A DNA stretch of 64,000 bases from Alphaproteobacteria bacterium (GCA_017427405.1 JAFRSV010000016.1:31333-95332); one strand, 5' to 3'. Positions 26,078 through 35,568 are shown, counted from the stretch's first letter. Notes: generated by a model not told the origin, from the sequence alone. Numbers and translations: made by a program.

Positions 26078-26824
26078 TTATTGTTGTGGGTTACCCCAAC
26101 CAGAATAGTTATTACGATTCTTGTTATTATTTTCTTCCATCTTTATCACAATTGCCGCGCGAAATTCATTCGCACAAGAAATTAAATTCGCGGCATTCAT
26201 ACTTTTGATGGTTTGGGTTATGTCTTTTTGATTTATGGCGTTGCAACATAACTGACTGTTTTTATCGATATTAGTGTTATTCGTGCATAATCTCCAAGTA
26301 ATTGCTGTGTTCATATCTTTGGCAAGTTGATTTCTGGCATCTGTGATTTTACCGGAATTCGCGGTGTTTATAATCAATTGAATGTTCGGTTGCAAACATT
26401 GTGCAATGTTTGCCGTTCCGGAATAAGTTGAACAATCGGATGCGCCGGATATTGAAACGCCATTATTCGAATTATATCCGCCTGATGATGTGCCGGTTGA
26501 TGAAGATGTGTTGCCGGTAAGGACTTCGATTTTACTGGTTAAAACCGCCTTGTTCAGTTGGGTTTTGAAACGTTTGATAACCGCGTTCAATTCATCGTAT
26601 TGTTGTTTTAATTGTTGCACCATAACCGTCGTTTTCATACCGATGACTTCTTCAATTTCACTGGCGCGACCAACGTCGGTTGGGTTTTGTGGATCACCGA
26701 CGTTATATGCGTGCACACTGCATAATGCCAATGCCGGCGAAAAATATGGACATTCTTCGGTTGCATGCAAAGCGACCGGCAACGTACAAAGAATTGCAAA
26801 AAACACAGTATAAAAAATTTTCAT
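26078..26824 (-). CDS. Cysteine-rich secreted protein (about 248 aa) with Ser/Thr/Gly/Asn-rich linker. Likely co-transcribed with 26826-28724.
   Basis: Signal peptide MKIFYTVFFAILCTLPVALHA. The ATG at 26824 lies 1 nt after the upstream stop. Confidence 0.5.
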   Translation of the reverse strand: MKIFYTVFFAILCTLPVALHATEECPYFSPALALCSVHAYNVGDPQNPTDVGRASEIEEVIGMKTTVMVQQLKQQYDELNAVIKRFKTQLNKAVLTSKIEVLTGNTSSSTGTSSGGYNSNNGVSISGASDCSTYSGTANIAQCLQPNIQLIINTANSGKITDARNQLAKDMNTAITWRLCTNNTNIDKNSQLCCNAINQKDITQTIKSMNAANLISCANEFRAAIVIKMEENNNKNRNNYSGWGNPQQ

Positions 26825-26825
26825 T

Positions 26826-28724
26826 CTATATTCCATTTGACCATTTTAATATTTCCTGAGAAAGGTTGCTAAGCCCTGTCGATGAATTATTTGTTGCGAT
26901 ACAACCTTTAATATCTGGTCTTTGTTTGTTTGGGGCATCCCATGTGCATCCGGAGTGTTTTCTACACTCCGTTTCGTTATTGTTGTATTGTATACAATCC
27001 ATTGCAGCGGTTATTGTATTGTTCAAAGATTCATTGTTGGCTATTGTGTTCTTTAGGGTTTTGTATGGTTGGTTTTTAATTTGTGTGTTTTCTATTTCAT
27101 TACTCGATGAACCGCCACCATCAAGATTATTGAAATCTCTTTCGTCTCTAAAGCATAATCTGTTTACGGCGGAACCAGTTAGAGTTTGGGCTGGCAATTT
27201 CTTGGTAGAGAATGCTTGTCTTAGTTGTTTATAACGTTGTGTGTCGTTCTTTGGATCAACGTTACAGAATTTTGCACCGCAATCTTCCAATACACTAAAG
27301 TCATCTGGATTCTTTGGCGTGCGACATGTGCCGTATGCATCTTGGTTTATAAAATCACGTAATGTATCAATATCGACCGAGGTTTTTTTGCGACGACCAC
27401 GGAATATGGATATATTATCAATTGCGTCTGATGCACATGCAACCTGAGTCGTGCCGGTTATACCAGAATTTGCATCAATCCATTCATGCCAAACTTCTTC
27501 TTTGTTACCTACGGTTCCAACAAGGCGACAATGTGGTTGATCTTTGGCAACCTTGCCGTTTTCAGTACGGATACGGTAATAGCAGTTTGACCATGTTCCG
27601 TTGTTATTTGTGTTGCACGCACAAATGCCTTGGCCTGTGTCCACATTAGTTTGTTGAGAAGGACTGCATGTATCGCACAAATATTTCCCCCAGATATTAC
27701 ATGCATCGCTGAGCAACATAATCGTATCGCTGACGTCTATGCCGAGTGTCATGGCAAGGATAAGTGCGTCGTACATATTGTCCAAGACCTCTTCATACGG
27801 GTCAAAGAATTCATTCGCCATATCTTTGAATTTTTTGACACGTTTAGGGCCCTTGCAACTTGTCACGCCGGAATCGCAACCCGCGTATTCAATGATGTTG
27901 TCCAGTGTTTGTTTCAATTCCTTCATTTTAAGTGTTGCGTCTTCGATTGCGGTTTCAATTTGGCCGCCCATTTGTTCGCGGACCAAGATATCCGTACTGA
28001 TGCCGTTTTTCGCCGCCAATTGTTCCGCAACCCCAAGGCCTTCGAGTCCCGCAATCACCGCGCCGGTTTCAATCGGTGCCGTCGGCGCGCCCGCGTATGT
28101 TGGTGATTCCGCCGCGCGCGATTCCAGTGCGTTTTGAATTTGCGCATTTTGCGATTCCGCCGTGGCCGCCATTTGTTCCTGCATCGCGGTCATGGATTCC
28201 GCCATTTGTTGTTGCATTTGCGCCATTTGTTGCTGCATCGCCACCATTTGCGCGTTGTTTTGTTCGGCGGCGGCGGCCGATGCCGCGGCCTGGGCCTGGG
28301 CTTCGGCCTGGGCAATGGCAACGGCGTTTTGTTGCTGTTGCACTTTGGCGGTCGATTGCGCTACAACCTGGGCCGTGATGTATTGAATCAGGTCGTCACC
28401 ATATTGCTTGCAATTTTGGTTCGAATTGACACAGCCCGCAACAATCGCGGCGGCAACGTTCATGTCCGTGCAACCGCCCGACGCGCACTTTGGTGACGCG
28501 CAACGCAACACAATCGCGTTACAGTTTCCAAAATTCGCTTCGGCCGTATTCTGTGCCATGCCGGCGCGGCCGTTCATTAGATTGTTCCATTGGTTATTAT
28601 TCATGGCGCCGGTGCCGTTGTACGCCGTCAGGTTAGATCCCGCCGTCGTTGCAACATTCGCCACCGCCGGCAAAATAACCGCCGCAAAAACCGCACCACA
28701 TAAAAGGTTTGAATAGAATTTCAT
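26826..28724 (-). CDS. Cysteine-rich secreted protein (632 aa) with A/Q-rich coiled-coil segment (MQQQMAQMQQQMAES), a glycine-zipper and a Cys-rich C-terminal half
   Basis: Signal peptide MKFYSNLLCGAVFAAVILPAVA. Promoter TTGCAC-N17-TAAAAT upstream. Confidence 0.55.
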   Translation of the reverse strand: MKFYSNLLCGAVFAAVILPAVANVATTAGSNLTAYNGTGAMNNNQWNNLMNGRAGMAQNTAEANFGNCNAIVLRCASPKCASGGCTDMNVAAAIVAGCVNSNQNCKQYGDDLIQYITAQVVAQSTAKVQQQQNAVAIAQAEAQAQAAASAAAAEQNNAQMVAMQQQMAQMQQQMAESMTAMQEQMAATAESQNAQIQNALESRAAESPTYAGAPTAPIETGAVIAGLEGLGVAEQLAAKNGISTDILVREQMGGQIETAIEDATLKMKELKQTLDNIIEYAGCDSGVTSCKGPKRVKKFKDMANEFFDPYEEVLDNMYDALILAMTLGIDVSDTIMLLSDACNIWGKYLCDTCSPSQQTNVDTGQGICACNTNNNGTWSNCYYRIRTENGKVAKDQPHCRLVGTVGNKEEVWHEWIDANSGITGTTQVACASDAIDNISIFRGRRKKTSVDIDTLRDFINQDAYGTCRTPKNPDDFSVLEDCGAKFCNVDPKNDTQRYKQLRQAFSTKKLPAQTLTGSAVNRLCFRDERDFNNLDGGGSSSNEIENTQIKNQPYKTLKNTIANNESLNNTITAAMDCIQYNNNETECRKHSGCTWDAPNKQRPDIKGCIATNNSSTGLSNLSQEILKWSNGI

Positions 28725-28739
28725 CTCTCTGCCCGATGT

Positions 28740-28768
28740 ATTTTATCATAAAATATGGGTGAGTGCAA
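28740..28768 (-). promoter_or_regulatory. Sigma-70-like promoter TTGCAC-N17-TAAAAT for ORF 26826-28724. The -35 is embedded in a family A repeat.
   Basis: Read on the minus strand. Confidence 0.55.
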
Positions 28769-28995
28769 GTGGGGAGTGTTAGTGTTAGTGTTAGTGTTAG
28801 TGTGGGCGCGGTGTGCCTTTCTTATTATTCTTGTCATTGCGGCGTAGGCCGCAATAGGGTTCCGGGTCAAGCCCGGAATGACAAAAAAAGAAATGGTTGT
28901 CATCCTGAACTTGTTTCAGGACCGCCATGACAAAAGTAAAAATGGTTGCATTTGCAACCATTTTTCACTAACCACTTACACTAACACTAACCACT
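28762..28995. repeat. Repeat cluster: 4 tandem GTGTTAGT octamers, two TTGTCAT...ATGACAA palindromes (28831-28884, 28897-28933), hairpin AAATGGTTGCATTTGCAACCATTT, and an inverted family A copy CACTAACCACTTACACTAACACTAACCAC
   Basis: Read directly. Palindrome 1 is a copy of the 24060-24113 element. Confidence 0.7.
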
Positions 28996-30169
28996 ATTTG
29001 TTCGTTAGTTTTAATTCAATACGGCGGTTTTTCTGCATGTTTGCTTTATCGGTGTTCGGGGCAAACGGATACATGTCGCCAAATCCGGACGGTACAAGGC
29101 GTTTGCGCGCCACACCGTCGCGGACCAGTTCATTCACCACCGCCGTCGCGCGCAGCAATGAAAGTTCCATGTTGTTCGAATATGCGCGGTTGCCGGGGAC
29201 GACGGGTTTGTTATCTGTGTGGCCGTCAACGCGAATTATCCATTCGATTTCAGACGGGATTTTTGTTTCCATTTCTTTGATGACATTGGATATAATTTTA
29301 AGTTGCTTTTTGCCCGCGTCCGACAATCTGTATGAACCGGTTTTGAATAAAATATCACTTTGCACAATGAACCGGTCGCCGTCCGCCGTGACGGATTCTG
29401 TGTTGCCAAGTGCGATTTTTACCGCGCGATAAAATTCAGATTGGTATTCCCGCATGTCTTGCAATTCCGCAACCTTGTCCGCAAGGGCCTTGTTCAAATT
29501 GTTCGACATTTCAATATATTTCGCCTGTTGCGCAAGCAGTTCGCTGTCCGCCGCGCCCAGTGCCGCGTTTAGCCGTTCAAGTTCCGCCGTGTATTTTGCC
29601 ATTTCGGATTCAAGGGCGCTCAATTTCGCTGCCTGGGAATTCATTTCGGATTCCTGGAGGCCGATTAATTCTTGCTGAACATTTACCTGTTTTTGCATTT
29701 GGTCTTGTAATTCGCGGCGTTGCTTTTCCAATTCCGCAAGTTGTTCTTTGATGGCGTTCGCCTGGGCCAATTGCTCACGCAGCGATGCAACCTCACGCCG
29801 GGCGGCATCGTCACTGGCCTTGACCTTGGACACTTCGTTTTCATACGCGTTGATTATGTCAATCATCGATAAATTTTGGCTATCGATTTCGTCTTGGTTC
29901 GATAGCAATTCGGCGCGTGCCTGAATCAGCAGGCGCATCGCTTCTTCGTTGTCGGCGGTCATTTGGTTTATTTGTGCAACCTGGGACGCGTTGATTTTTT
30001 TCAAATCCGCAATCGTTTGCACACCGGCCTTTTTGTTAAAGACACTGGTCGTGGTCCAAAGGAACACAAACACAATCAGCAAGAAAATCAATATGATGAC
30101 CAGGTTCGAAAATAAATCTACGAATGCCGGCCATGTGTTTGGTTTGTTGCGAAAATTTAATCTGAACAT
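28994..30169 (-). CDS. MotB/OmpA-family protein (391 aa): N-terminal TM with conserved Asp (FVDLFSNL), periplasmic coiled coil of about 200 aa, C-terminal OmpA-like peptidoglycan-binding domain
   Basis: TM and Asp pattern match MotB/PomB. C-terminal ...RLSDAGKKQL...VDGHTDNKPV...NNMELSLLRATAV matches OmpA_C. RBS GAGGGAGA. Confidence 0.7.
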   Translation of the reverse strand: MFRLNFRNKPNTWPAFVDLFSNLVIILIFLLIVFVFLWTTTSVFNKKAGVQTIADLKKINASQVAQINQMTADNEEAMRLLIQARAELLSNQDEIDSQNLSMIDIINAYENEVSKVKASDDAARREVASLREQLAQANAIKEQLAELEKQRRELQDQMQKQVNVQQELIGLQESEMNSQAAKLSALESEMAKYTAELERLNAALGAADSELLAQQAKYIEMSNNLNKALADKVAELQDMREYQSEFYRAVKIALGNTESVTADGDRFIVQSDILFKTGSYRLSDAGKKQLKIISNVIKEMETKIPSEIEWIIRVDGHTDNKPVVPGNRAYSNNMELSLLRATAVVNELVRDGVARKRLVPSGFGDMYPFAPNTDKANMQKNRRIELKLTNK

Positions 30170-30194
30170 TTTTGTTTCTCCCTCGCGCTCTCTG

Positions 30195-30980
30195 CTATGC
30201 AGCCGTTGGTTCGGTTGGTTCGAATTTTTGGTTTATGTTTTCGATGTTGTTGTTGATATGTCCAAGCAACGATTCGATTTGGGGCAGGGCGGATTCCGTT
30301 AAATTCGTGCGGAATATGTTCGTCCGTGCCGATAGGAATTCTTCGAGTGAATGTATAATCGCGTTTTGTGCAAGTTGTAATTGCAATGCTAAAAATCCGA
30401 CAATCAAACTTCCGCCCAGGCCAAGCAGCGAACTGGTAAACGCGGTGGCCATGCCGCCCAGTGGTTGCGAAAGTCCGGCCTGCATCGTTTCCAAAACCGC
30501 ATCGTCGTTAAAGTTTAGGTTGGCGATTAAATCCGCAAAACCGCCGACCGTAAGAATCAGACCCCAAAATGTCCCAAGCAGTCCCAAGAATACCAATGTG
30601 TTCACGGTGTATTGTACCGATTCGCGGTCGTTGTCCATTTTAATCTGAATCGTATCCATGACACCGCGCAATCCGTCCGCCATAAGTTGATTCTTGCGAT
30701 GACGAAGTAGTAACGCAATAGACCGCAACAGCCGCGGCGGTAGTTTCGGATTGCGCACCCCGCGCATATATTCGCGCAGCCATTTGTGTTCGGGAACAAG
30801 GGCAAAAACCTTGATAAAACAAATGATTATGCCGAAAAGCGTCGTGCCGATAATTATACCATTAAGGTATATGTTCGCAATCGCAATCGTGAAAAATAGC
30901 CGATAAAAGATGATGCACAGGCACAGCACAAACGCCGTAAAAATCGCCATCCGGTTAAGATTTTTGTGAAAACTGTTCAT
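30195..30980 (-). CDS. MotA/TolQ/ExbB-family proton-channel protein (261 aa, 4 TM)
   Basis: Conserved LGLLGTFWGL motif in TM3 and MATAFTSSLLGLGGSLIV in TM4. 25-nt gap to the MotB-like gene. Confidence 0.7.
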   Translation of the reverse strand: MNSFHKNLNRMAIFTAFVLCLCIIFYRLFFTIAIANIYLNGIIIGTTLFGIIICFIKVFALVPEHKWLREYMRGVRNPKLPPRLLRSIALLLRHRKNQLMADGLRGVMDTIQIKMDNDRESVQYTVNTLVFLGLLGTFWGLILTVGGFADLIANLNFNDDAVLETMQAGLSQPLGGMATAFTSSLLGLGGSLIVGFLALQLQLAQNAIIHSLEEFLSARTNIFRTNLTESALPQIESLLGHINNNIENINQKFEPTEPTAA

Positions 30981-31095
30981 ATTTTTCCCCCGTTACGGTT
31001 CTATGTTAGAAAATTTTTTAATGGTGTGTCAACGGGTTTGTTAAAAATAGGGACGATTGCATATCGTCCCTATTGTGCACGAAAAAATTTTCCTT

Positions 31096-32205
31096 TTAAC
31101 GGCATACCTCCACAGCATAGAATTCGTCGTAATCCATGTGTTCTGGTGCACCACAGTAAATGCGATAATTACAATTACTGTCTGGTGTGCCCAATTCTTT
31201 CATGGTATTATATGGAATAACATTCACCAGGCAATAACCATCTTTGGTATAAGAATTCGGATTAAATACAGACAAAAATTTAGAATCTTTTTGTTTGTTT
31301 GCAATTTTGCGCAAATCTTCGGTTTCGGGTAATTGAATTAAATAATCCCCCATTTCGCCATGGATGATGATTGGGCAACCATTATCGCAATTGTCCATTG
31401 CATTTTGAATTGATGTGTATGCATCAAAAAATAAATCGTTGTCGGCGATAAATTTATTTAATCTGTCCAAAACTTCGCATGCGTCTTTTTCATGTGCTTC
31501 CAATTTTCCATCGTTTCGATAGAATTTCATATCGGAATAATTCCAATTTTTCGATAGCGAAAGTGCATCACTTGGTGATAGTGGAGTTTGTTTCCCGTTG
31601 TTATCATTTAAAATGACCAGTTTTGTGCATTCTTCGTTTCCGCAATATACTATTTTGCAAATATCGGTAATACACTGTTCAATTTTGTTTGGCATCTTGT
31701 AATTATGATGGAAAGGAACGGCACTTCCCCATGATTTGCCTTTATATTCTTCTTTTATCGGATGGCAAACGCGACTTATGCTGGTTTCGCGTCCAGAGAA
31801 TTCGTTTTTCGTCTTTTGCCCTATGAAATTGAGTTGATATTGTAGAATTTGTTTGTTGGTTATATCGGCATAAATATCTAACAGGGCTGTTCTTTCTGAA
31901 CTGGGAAAATTACCCTTGTATATTAGACCAATATATCCAAATTCACCGTTGTCGCGGCGTTCAGATACTTTTTCGAATGTTGTGGTTATGCCGTTGACCG
32001 TAACTTTGGCATAGTCATCATAGGTTGTAACCGTAACATTTACGTCGACATCGTCGCGTGCCGCCGGATCATAATAAGCATTGTTTAGATATAAGGCGTT
32101 CGACCTTTGCCAGTATTTATCAACAGAGCAGGTTAAATCCGTGGTTGATGTTGGTCTGTCGCAAGCCGCAAGAGCCAATGGCAGTAAGAGTAAGATTTTC
32201 TTCAT
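31096..32205 (-). CDS. Predicted lipoprotein (369 aa, lipobox LALAAC), Cys-rich, function unknown. Co-oriented upstream of the stator pair.
   Basis: MKKILLLLPLALAACDR signal/lipobox. RBS AAAGGAA. Confidence 0.5.
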   Translation of the reverse strand: MKKILLLLPLALAACDRPTSTTDLTCSVDKYWQRSNALYLNNAYYDPAARDDVDVNVTVTTYDDYAKVTVNGITTTFEKVSERRDNGEFGYIGLIYKGNFPSSERTALLDIYADITNKQILQYQLNFIGQKTKNEFSGRETSISRVCHPIKEEYKGKSWGSAVPFHHNYKMPNKIEQCITDICKIVYCGNEECTKLVILNDNNGKQTPLSPSDALSLSKNWNYSDMKFYRNDGKLEAHEKDACEVLDRLNKFIADNDLFFDAYTSIQNAMDNCDNGCPIIIHGEMGDYLIQLPETEDLRKIANKQKDSKFLSVFNPNSYTKDGYCLVNVIPYNTMKELGTPDSNCNYRIYCGAPEHMDYDEFYAVEVCR

Positions 32206-32423
32206 TTGGTTTCCTTTTTTTGTTGTTTTTTATTTATTTTTGTTATTTTATCAATTTTGAATCCCAACCACAATAAGAACAAGCATAACAATACGACGAT
32301 TATCATATGCCATACCGTAAATGGAATATTGTTTGTTTCATAATATTTTACTATTTCCCAAGGAATGCCTATTAAACAAAGATAATAAATTCCTCTTATT
32401 AACACACCATGCCAGTAGTTCAT
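32202..32423 (-). CDS. Small 2-TM membrane protein (73 aa). Its stop overlaps the lipoprotein start (ATGA).
   Basis: ORF coupled by a 4-nt overlap. Hydrophobic helices. Confidence 0.3.
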   Translation of the reverse strand: MNYWHGVLIRGIYYLCLIGIPWEIVKYYETNNIPFTVWHMIIVVLLCLFLLWLGFKIDKITKINKKQQKKETK

Positions 32424-32595
32424 TTTGTTCTCTTTTTTGTTGTTTATTGGTTTGAATGAATTATATCACAAGAAAAAGTAATAAGAAACGCAAATTTCAC
32501 ATTTCTGCTTGCTTTTTTATAAAAAATTGTAATAATTGCGCTTGTTCCTGCTGTGGCCATGGGGGCGACGGCTGATATAAACCAAAGGAAATAAA

Positions 32596-32934
32596 ATGGC
32601 TTACTATGAAAGTGTCCTGGTTTTTCGCCAGGATTTGACCGAACCGCAGGTCAAAGAAAAAGCGGACAAATATGCAGAAATTATCAAAGAACTGGGCGGC
32701 GAAGTAAAATCCACAGAATTTTGGGGATTGAAAAATTTGGCCTATGTCATTCGTAAAAATCGCAAGGCGCACTATGTTATGATGAATGTGGAAATGCCGG
32801 GTAAATCGATTGCCGAACTTGAACGGCGCAGTCGTATCGACGAAGATGTTATCCGTTTCCTGAACGTGCGGGTTGAAAAATTGGCGGATGCACCATCAAT
32901 CATGATGAAAAAGAATACCGAGGAGGCAGAATAA
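32596..32934 (+). CDS. rpsF: 30S ribosomal protein S6
   Basis: [21 protein letters not shown]... RBS AAAGGAAAT. Confidence 0.9.
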   Translation: MAYYESVLVFRQDLTEPQVKEKADKYAEIIKELGGEVKSTEFWGLKNLAYVIRKNRKAHYVMMNVEMPGKSIAELERRSRIDEDVIRFLNVRVEKLADAPSIMMKKNTEEAE

Positions 32935-33161
32935 TGGCAGTTCGTGCAGCAATTTATCGTAAAAAGGCCAACCCATTAAAGGGCAAGGTCATTGACTATA
33001 AAGATGTTAAAATGTTGGGACACTATATCACCGAACGTGGTAAAATCGTGCCAAGTCGCATTAGTGGCGTTTCCCAAAAAGACCAACGTTTATTGGCACA
33101 GGCGATTAAACGTGCGCGTCATTTGGGTTTGCTGCCGTTTGTGCGCAATAACATCGGGTAA
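32934..33161 (+). CDS. rpsR: 30S ribosomal protein S18
   Basis: ...[51 protein letters not shown]. Confidence 0.9.
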   Translation: MAVRAAIYRKKANPLKGKVIDYKDVKMLGHYITERGKIVPSRISGVSQKDQRLLAQAIKRARHLGLLPFVRNNIG

Positions 33162-33206
33162 AGATATTTGGGTATAACCCTAACTTTCAACAAAAGGACA
33201 GATAAA

Positions 33207-33815
33207 ATGAAAATTATTTTAACGGAAAAAATTACGGGTCTTGGGACAATCGGCGACACGGTAGAGGTTAAAACCGGCTATGCGCGGAATTATTTGTTGC
33301 CAAATAACAAGGCGTTGCGTTGGTCGCGTGAAAATGTCGCGTTGTTCGAAGCGCAAAAGGCGGAACTTCAGGCGCGTCATGAAAATGCACGCAAGGCGGC
33401 GGAATCCAAGGTTGATGCGGTTAAAAATGCCAAAATGTACATGATACGTCAGGCGGGTGATACCGGTCAGTTGTATGGTTCGGTATCAAGTCGTGATATC
33501 GCGCGGACACTTAAAGAAGTTGCGAATGTTGATATTTCTTCGGCCCAGGTTATGTTGGGCGCGCCGATTAAATCGATTGGTGCGTTTGATACGAAAATCG
33601 CACTGCATCCGGATGTGATTGTTCCGATTAAGGTTTATGTCGCACGTACAAACGACGAAATCGAAGCGTTGGTCGCCGGCAAGGTTTTGACATTTGGAAC
33701 CAAAAAGGTTGAAGAAGAATCTGAAATCAAAGAAGAACCAAAAGACGAAGCGGAAGTTAAAGAAACAGAAGTATCCGCGGAATCTGAAAAAACAGAACCG
33801 GCGGAAGAAAAATAA
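33207..33815 (+). CDS. rplI: 50S ribosomal protein L9 with acidic C-terminal extension
   Basis: MKIILTEKITGLGTIGDTVEVKTGYARNYLLPNNKA.... Confidence 0.9.
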   Translation: MKIILTEKITGLGTIGDTVEVKTGYARNYLLPNNKALRWSRENVALFEAQKAELQARHENARKAAESKVDAVKNAKMYMIRQAGDTGQLYGSVSSRDIARTLKEVANVDISSAQVMLGAPIKSIGAFDTKIALHPDVIVPIKVYVARTNDEIEALVAGKVLTFGTKKVEEESEIKEEPKDEAEVKETEVSAESEKTEPAEEK

Positions 33816-33835
33816 TTCCGGTTTTGGTTATGCTT

Positions 33836-33910
33836 ACGCCCCACGGAGAATTACCCACAAAAAATGTTTTACATTTTTTGCGGGGCCCAGCGTTGTGGGG
33901 CGTTTTTTGT
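33836..33910. terminator. Nested-hairpin bidirectional terminator between rplI and a convergent gene
   Basis: CGCCCCAC...GTGGGGCG outer stem with inner AAAAAATGTTTTACATTTTTT palindrome. T-runs on both strands. Confidence 0.65.
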
Positions 33911-33925
33911 CTTTTGGTAATTATT

Positions 33926-34531
33926 TTATTTTGAATTATGTTTGCAGATGATTTGTGCCAGACAGATGGTTGGTTTGGGTTGATATTTTGCAACCGTTTC
34001 TTTTGCATCCATTGGTATTCCGTTTTCGCGCCAACTATGAAAAACGGTCATCACCTTGGATTTTGTTATGTCCAGGACGTTTCCGTTTTTATCAATTGCA
34101 CCGTTTTTTATGTCATCAACATATCCCCAAAATAATTCGGAAACAAGGTATGGGTTTACATCGCCAAAACTTAAGTCGTATTTGTTGTGCGCTTTTTCAT
34201 ATTTATCTTTTGGAATAGAAACAAGTCTTTCAAGTGGCAGTGTCCTTATTAAGGTAGCCGCTGCTAAGCTTGATAAAATCAGTTCGGGCGAGTTCGCAAA
34301 TTTTTTAGGATTTATTTCTTTAAGGGCTTCAATTCTGATTTTGAATATTTGTGGTAATTGTTGAATTTCTGTTTGATATTTGGATAATGAATCTCTTAAT
34401 TCTGTTTGCCGTGCCTCAACCATTTTGTCTAATACTTGTTCAAATTCGTCTGCCTGACGTTTTGTTAGTCGAACGCCATTCAAGTAAATACTAGTTAATT
34501 CATCTGGGTTGTTTGTTCGTTCCGCGGTCAT
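33926..34531 (-). CDS. Hypothetical protein (201 aa), no recognisable domain
   Basis: ORF with RBS AAGGGG and terminators on both sides. Confidence 0.45.
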   Translation of the reverse strand: MTAERTNNPDELTSIYLNGVRLTKRQADEFEQVLDKMVEARQTELRDSLSKYQTEIQQLPQIFKIRIEALKEINPKKFANSPELILSSLAAATLIRTLPLERLVSIPKDKYEKAHNKYDLSFGDVNPYLVSELFWGYVDDIKNGAIDKNGNVLDITKSKVMTVFHSWRENGIPMDAKETVAKYQPKPTICLAQIICKHNSK

Positions 34532-34636
34532 TTTTTTACCCCTTGGTATTGTTGATTTATTTACTTTGTAGGTATACTATAGTTGATTTTTGTCAAACGT
34601 CAAGTGTTTAGTTGTGTTTTTGTAAAAAGTAAAAAA

Positions 34637-34662
34637 ATCCCCACGGGTTCGTGGGGATTTTT
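34637..34662 (-). terminator. Rho-independent terminator (ATCCCCACGGGTTCGTGGGGAT + T-run) after the DsbA-like gene
   Basis: Read directly. Confidence 0.7.
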
Positions 34663-34676
34663 GTGTATCGGAATTA

Positions 34677-35501
34677 TTATTTATCCAATGCCTTGATAAT
34701 CTGATCGTATGGTATCGCGCCCGGAAATGCTTCTTCGCCGATAACCAAATACGGTGTGCCGCTGATTTCAAAACGTTGTGCCAAATCACGAACATTTTTC
34801 AATTCACGTGCGACAACTTCACCATTCATGTCTTTTTCCAATTGTGCGGTGTCCAGACCGGCTTCGGCCGCCAATTTCATGACATTCTTTTTGATTTTTT
34901 CACCAAGTTTTGAACGATCTTTCATATCATCTTGGGTGTAATATTCTTTGTCCATCAACAATTTATCCAATGCGGCGGCTTTGTCGTTGCCTTGTAATTT
35001 CGCGGCAATAACAGCCTTGGCCGGTGCATCAGACAATTCGCCATGGATAGAAAAGTTTTTCAAGACAATGCGAACATCGTCACGGCTTTCCATCACACGT
35101 GCCAATTCGCCATGAACACGGCGGCAATATGGGCAAGAATAATCAGACCACAAGAAAATAGTTTTCTTGGCATCTTCATTACCCCAAATTGGTGCATCGC
35201 CAATCATGTCCTTTAAATTCGAACGGACATATTTGCGAATCGCCTTGTTCTTTTCGGCGTTCTGTTGTTCCTGCATTGCGGATACCATTTCTTGCAAGAT
35301 CAACGGGTTTGTATGTGTCAGGTAGTACGGTGTGTACAAACGGCAGACACAGCCGGCGATCAAAAGGATAGATACCAATTTGATCAGTTTTTTGATTATC
35401 ATAGGACCGGATTCGGTTTTTTTGCCATCCTGTTTGGCGAACATGCCGCCGAACAAAAACAGCGCAATTCCGATAACCAGAACGAGGATTGTCCAAAACA
35501 T
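34677..35501 (-). CDS. DsbA-family thiol:disulfide oxidoreductase with N-terminal membrane anchor (CPYC active site)
   Basis: ...WSDYSCPYCRRVH... thioredoxin-fold motif. The ATG at 35501 has RBS AAAGGAGAA. The track start further upstream is TTG. Confidence 0.7.
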   Translation of the reverse strand: MFWTILVLVIGIALFLFGGMFAKQDGKKTESGPMIIKKLIKLVSILLIAGCVCRLYTPYYLTHTNPLILQEMVSAMQEQQNAEKNKAIRKYVRSNLKDMIGDAPIWGNEDAKKTIFLWSDYSCPYCRRVHGELARVMESRDDVRIVLKNFSIHGELSDAPAKAVIAAKLQGNDKAAALDKLLMDKEYYTQDDMKDRSKLGEKIKKNVMKLAAEAGLDTAQLEKDMNGEVVARELKNVRDLAQRFEISGTPYLVIGEEAFPGAIPYDQIIKALDK

Positions 35502-35568
35502 AGTTTTCTCCTTTGCTTCGTTGAACGGTTGTATCTTAGAAATTTTTTCCACGCCATGCAAGGAAAAT

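Noticed and set aside
28762-28805. Four tandem GTGTTAGT octamers, considered as a mini CRISPR array
   Set aside because: Units are 8 bp with no spacers, there are no cas genes, and the motif belongs to the interspersed family A repeat. It is not a CRISPR.
28994-30980. Zorya (ZorA/ZorB) anti-phage system
   Set aside because: ZorA carries the long coiled-coil tail on the MotA-like subunit, and ZorC/D/E partners are expected. Here the coiled coil is periplasmic on the MotB-like subunit and no Zor partners are present. I kept it as an unassigned stator, not as Zorya.
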